Shown one piece after another: positions 35,949 to 37,229 of a stretch of DNA of 37,229 nt. Under the pieces are notes generated by a model that worked only from the letters and a program-made list of their open reading frames with translations, made no database searches and was not told the origin of the DNA. Every line of letters starts with the position of its first letter. Position 1 is the stretch's first letter. The DNA lies in NCBI RefSeq assembly GCF_001194135.2, contig NC_068983.1, positions 62,000,529-62,037,757 on the forward strand, given 5' to 3'. The translations under genes were made by a program, and so were the position numbers. This stretch comes from Octopus bimaculoides. Taxonomy: Eukaryota.

Positions 35949-36918
35949 TTGAGTTAGCAAGAAAATAATTTCGTTTTTTGCAAACAGATAGTTACGATAT
36001 TTTTGAATGACTTTTGTCAATGTTATGATTTTTTCCTTTTGACATTTAATAGCCGCTACTTTTAGTTTACTTTAGAAGCAAATTGCGAGTAATTTTATTT
36101 AACGCTGTTAGTTCAGTGTCAGTTTTAACATGGAGCACAAAAACTAACATGTTTGCAATATTTTGCTTTTTATTTCCGAAAAAGCAAGAAAGCTACTGAG
36201 ACTCTCAAAGAGATATGTAAAGTATATGGTGTTGATTGCTTAACAGAAAGCACATGTCAGAAATGGTTTTTAAAATTCCATTCTGGAGATTTTTCAATCA
36301 AAGATGGCCAACGTTCTGTTCGATCTATTAAAGTTGATGATGACCGAATCAAAGCCATAACTGTTGCAGAGCGGTTACATGTTTCACACACAACAATTGA
36401 AAATCACTTAAAATGCTTTGGACTCGTTAAGAAGCTCGATATTTGGGTTCTACATAAAGTGTAAGAGATTCACTTAACACAATGAATCAATATTTATGAT
36501 ATGCATCTCAAACGGATTGAAATCAACCTTTTTTTGAAACGAATCCTCACTGGTGATATAAAATGGATTGTCTACAATAACATCAATCGAAAAGTATGAA
36601 AGTCCAAACGTAATGAACCAGCACAAACCATATCGAAGGCTGAAGGAACGAAAAAAAGATCAAGCTCTCACTTGGTGGGATTACAATTGTGCTGTGTATT
36701 TTGAGATGCTTCCAAGGAACCAAAAGATCATTTCGGATGATTACTGTCAACGACTAATAATAAAAAACATTAAAAAACGGCCAAAATTGGTAAGTCTAAA
36801 AGGAATCGTGTTCCACCATAACAATGCTAGACAATATACGTATTTGCTAACTCGTTAAAAATTATTGGAGCTTGGTTGGGAAGTGATGTCACATCCACCA
36901 TATAGCCTTGATCTACTA
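35949..36918 (+). mobile_element. mariner transposon (Mos1/Hsmar1-like), 5' TIR present, 3'-truncated
   Basis: TA+TTGAGTTAGCAAGAAAATAATTTCGTTTTT TIR; ATG at 36130; FYFRKSKKATE...CQKWFLKFHSGDFS; KKLDIWVLH; ILTGDIKWIVYNN; WWDY..VYFEMLP; IVFHHNNAR; ELGWEVMSHPPYSLDL. Confidence 0.93.
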
Positions 36919-36919
36919 T

Positions 36920-37186
36920 GTTACGGGGACGTAAACACACCAACATCGGTTGTCAAACGATGATGGGGTGACAAACATGGTCACAAAGACACACACACAC
37001 GTAAATATATACATATATATATACGACGAGCTTCCTTCACTTTCTCTCTACAAAATCCACTCATAAGGCTTTGGACAACCCGAAGGCATAGCAAAGACAC
37101 TTGCCCAAGGTGCCACGCAGTGGGACTGAACCCGCAACCATATGGTTGGGAAGCAAGTTCCTTACCACACAACGAAACCTACCCCT
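36920..37186 (-). mobile_element. SINE family 2, 3'-truncated
   Basis: B box GGTTCAGTCC, CACCTTGGGCAAGTGTCTT core, internal TA/TG tract, CCGATGTTGGTGTGTTTACGTC shared with 17397-17831. Confidence 0.88.
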
Positions 37187-37192
37187 ATATAT

Positions 37193-37229
<37 letters not shown>
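37187..37229. repeat. (TA)n microsatellite
   Basis: Direct reading. Confidence 0.97.

Overview
AT-rich, microsatellite-dense eukaryotic scaffold with six assembly gaps (2681-3496, 5765-6074, 15446-16142, 19183-19847, 21785-22028, 34325-34334). The SINE families and the (CA)n/(TA)n/(CT)n load resemble an octopus (coleoid cephalopod) genome; this is inference from recalled repeat sequences, not a search. No intact gene can be supported, and almost all ORFs in the track are microsatellite/N artefacts or transposon fossils. Retroelement remnants: R4/Dong-type RLE LINE (two or three), Penelope-like, Tx1/L1 RT, CR1-type RT, RTE-type RT, two Ty3/Gypsy elements (one with LTR and tRNA-Leu PBS), and three tRNA-derived SINE families (six copies, two with TSDs). 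DNA-transposon remnants: two hAT elements (one SPIN-like with both TIRs and a perfect 8-bp TSD), two mariners and a Helitron Rep fragment. Most unusual: (i) a ~670-bp non-coding structure at 11051-11719 combining split direct repeats (the PAT/Ngaro terminal order) with a 104-bp inverted repeat; (ii) an apparently ORF1-only non-LTR element at 29291-30415 sharing its 3' tail with the adjacent SINE; (iii) a microsatellite-filled fold-back at 14935-15394; (iv) an internally inverted Penelope-like element. A few possible host exons are listed at low confidence. All family assignments rest on hand translation and remembered motifs.
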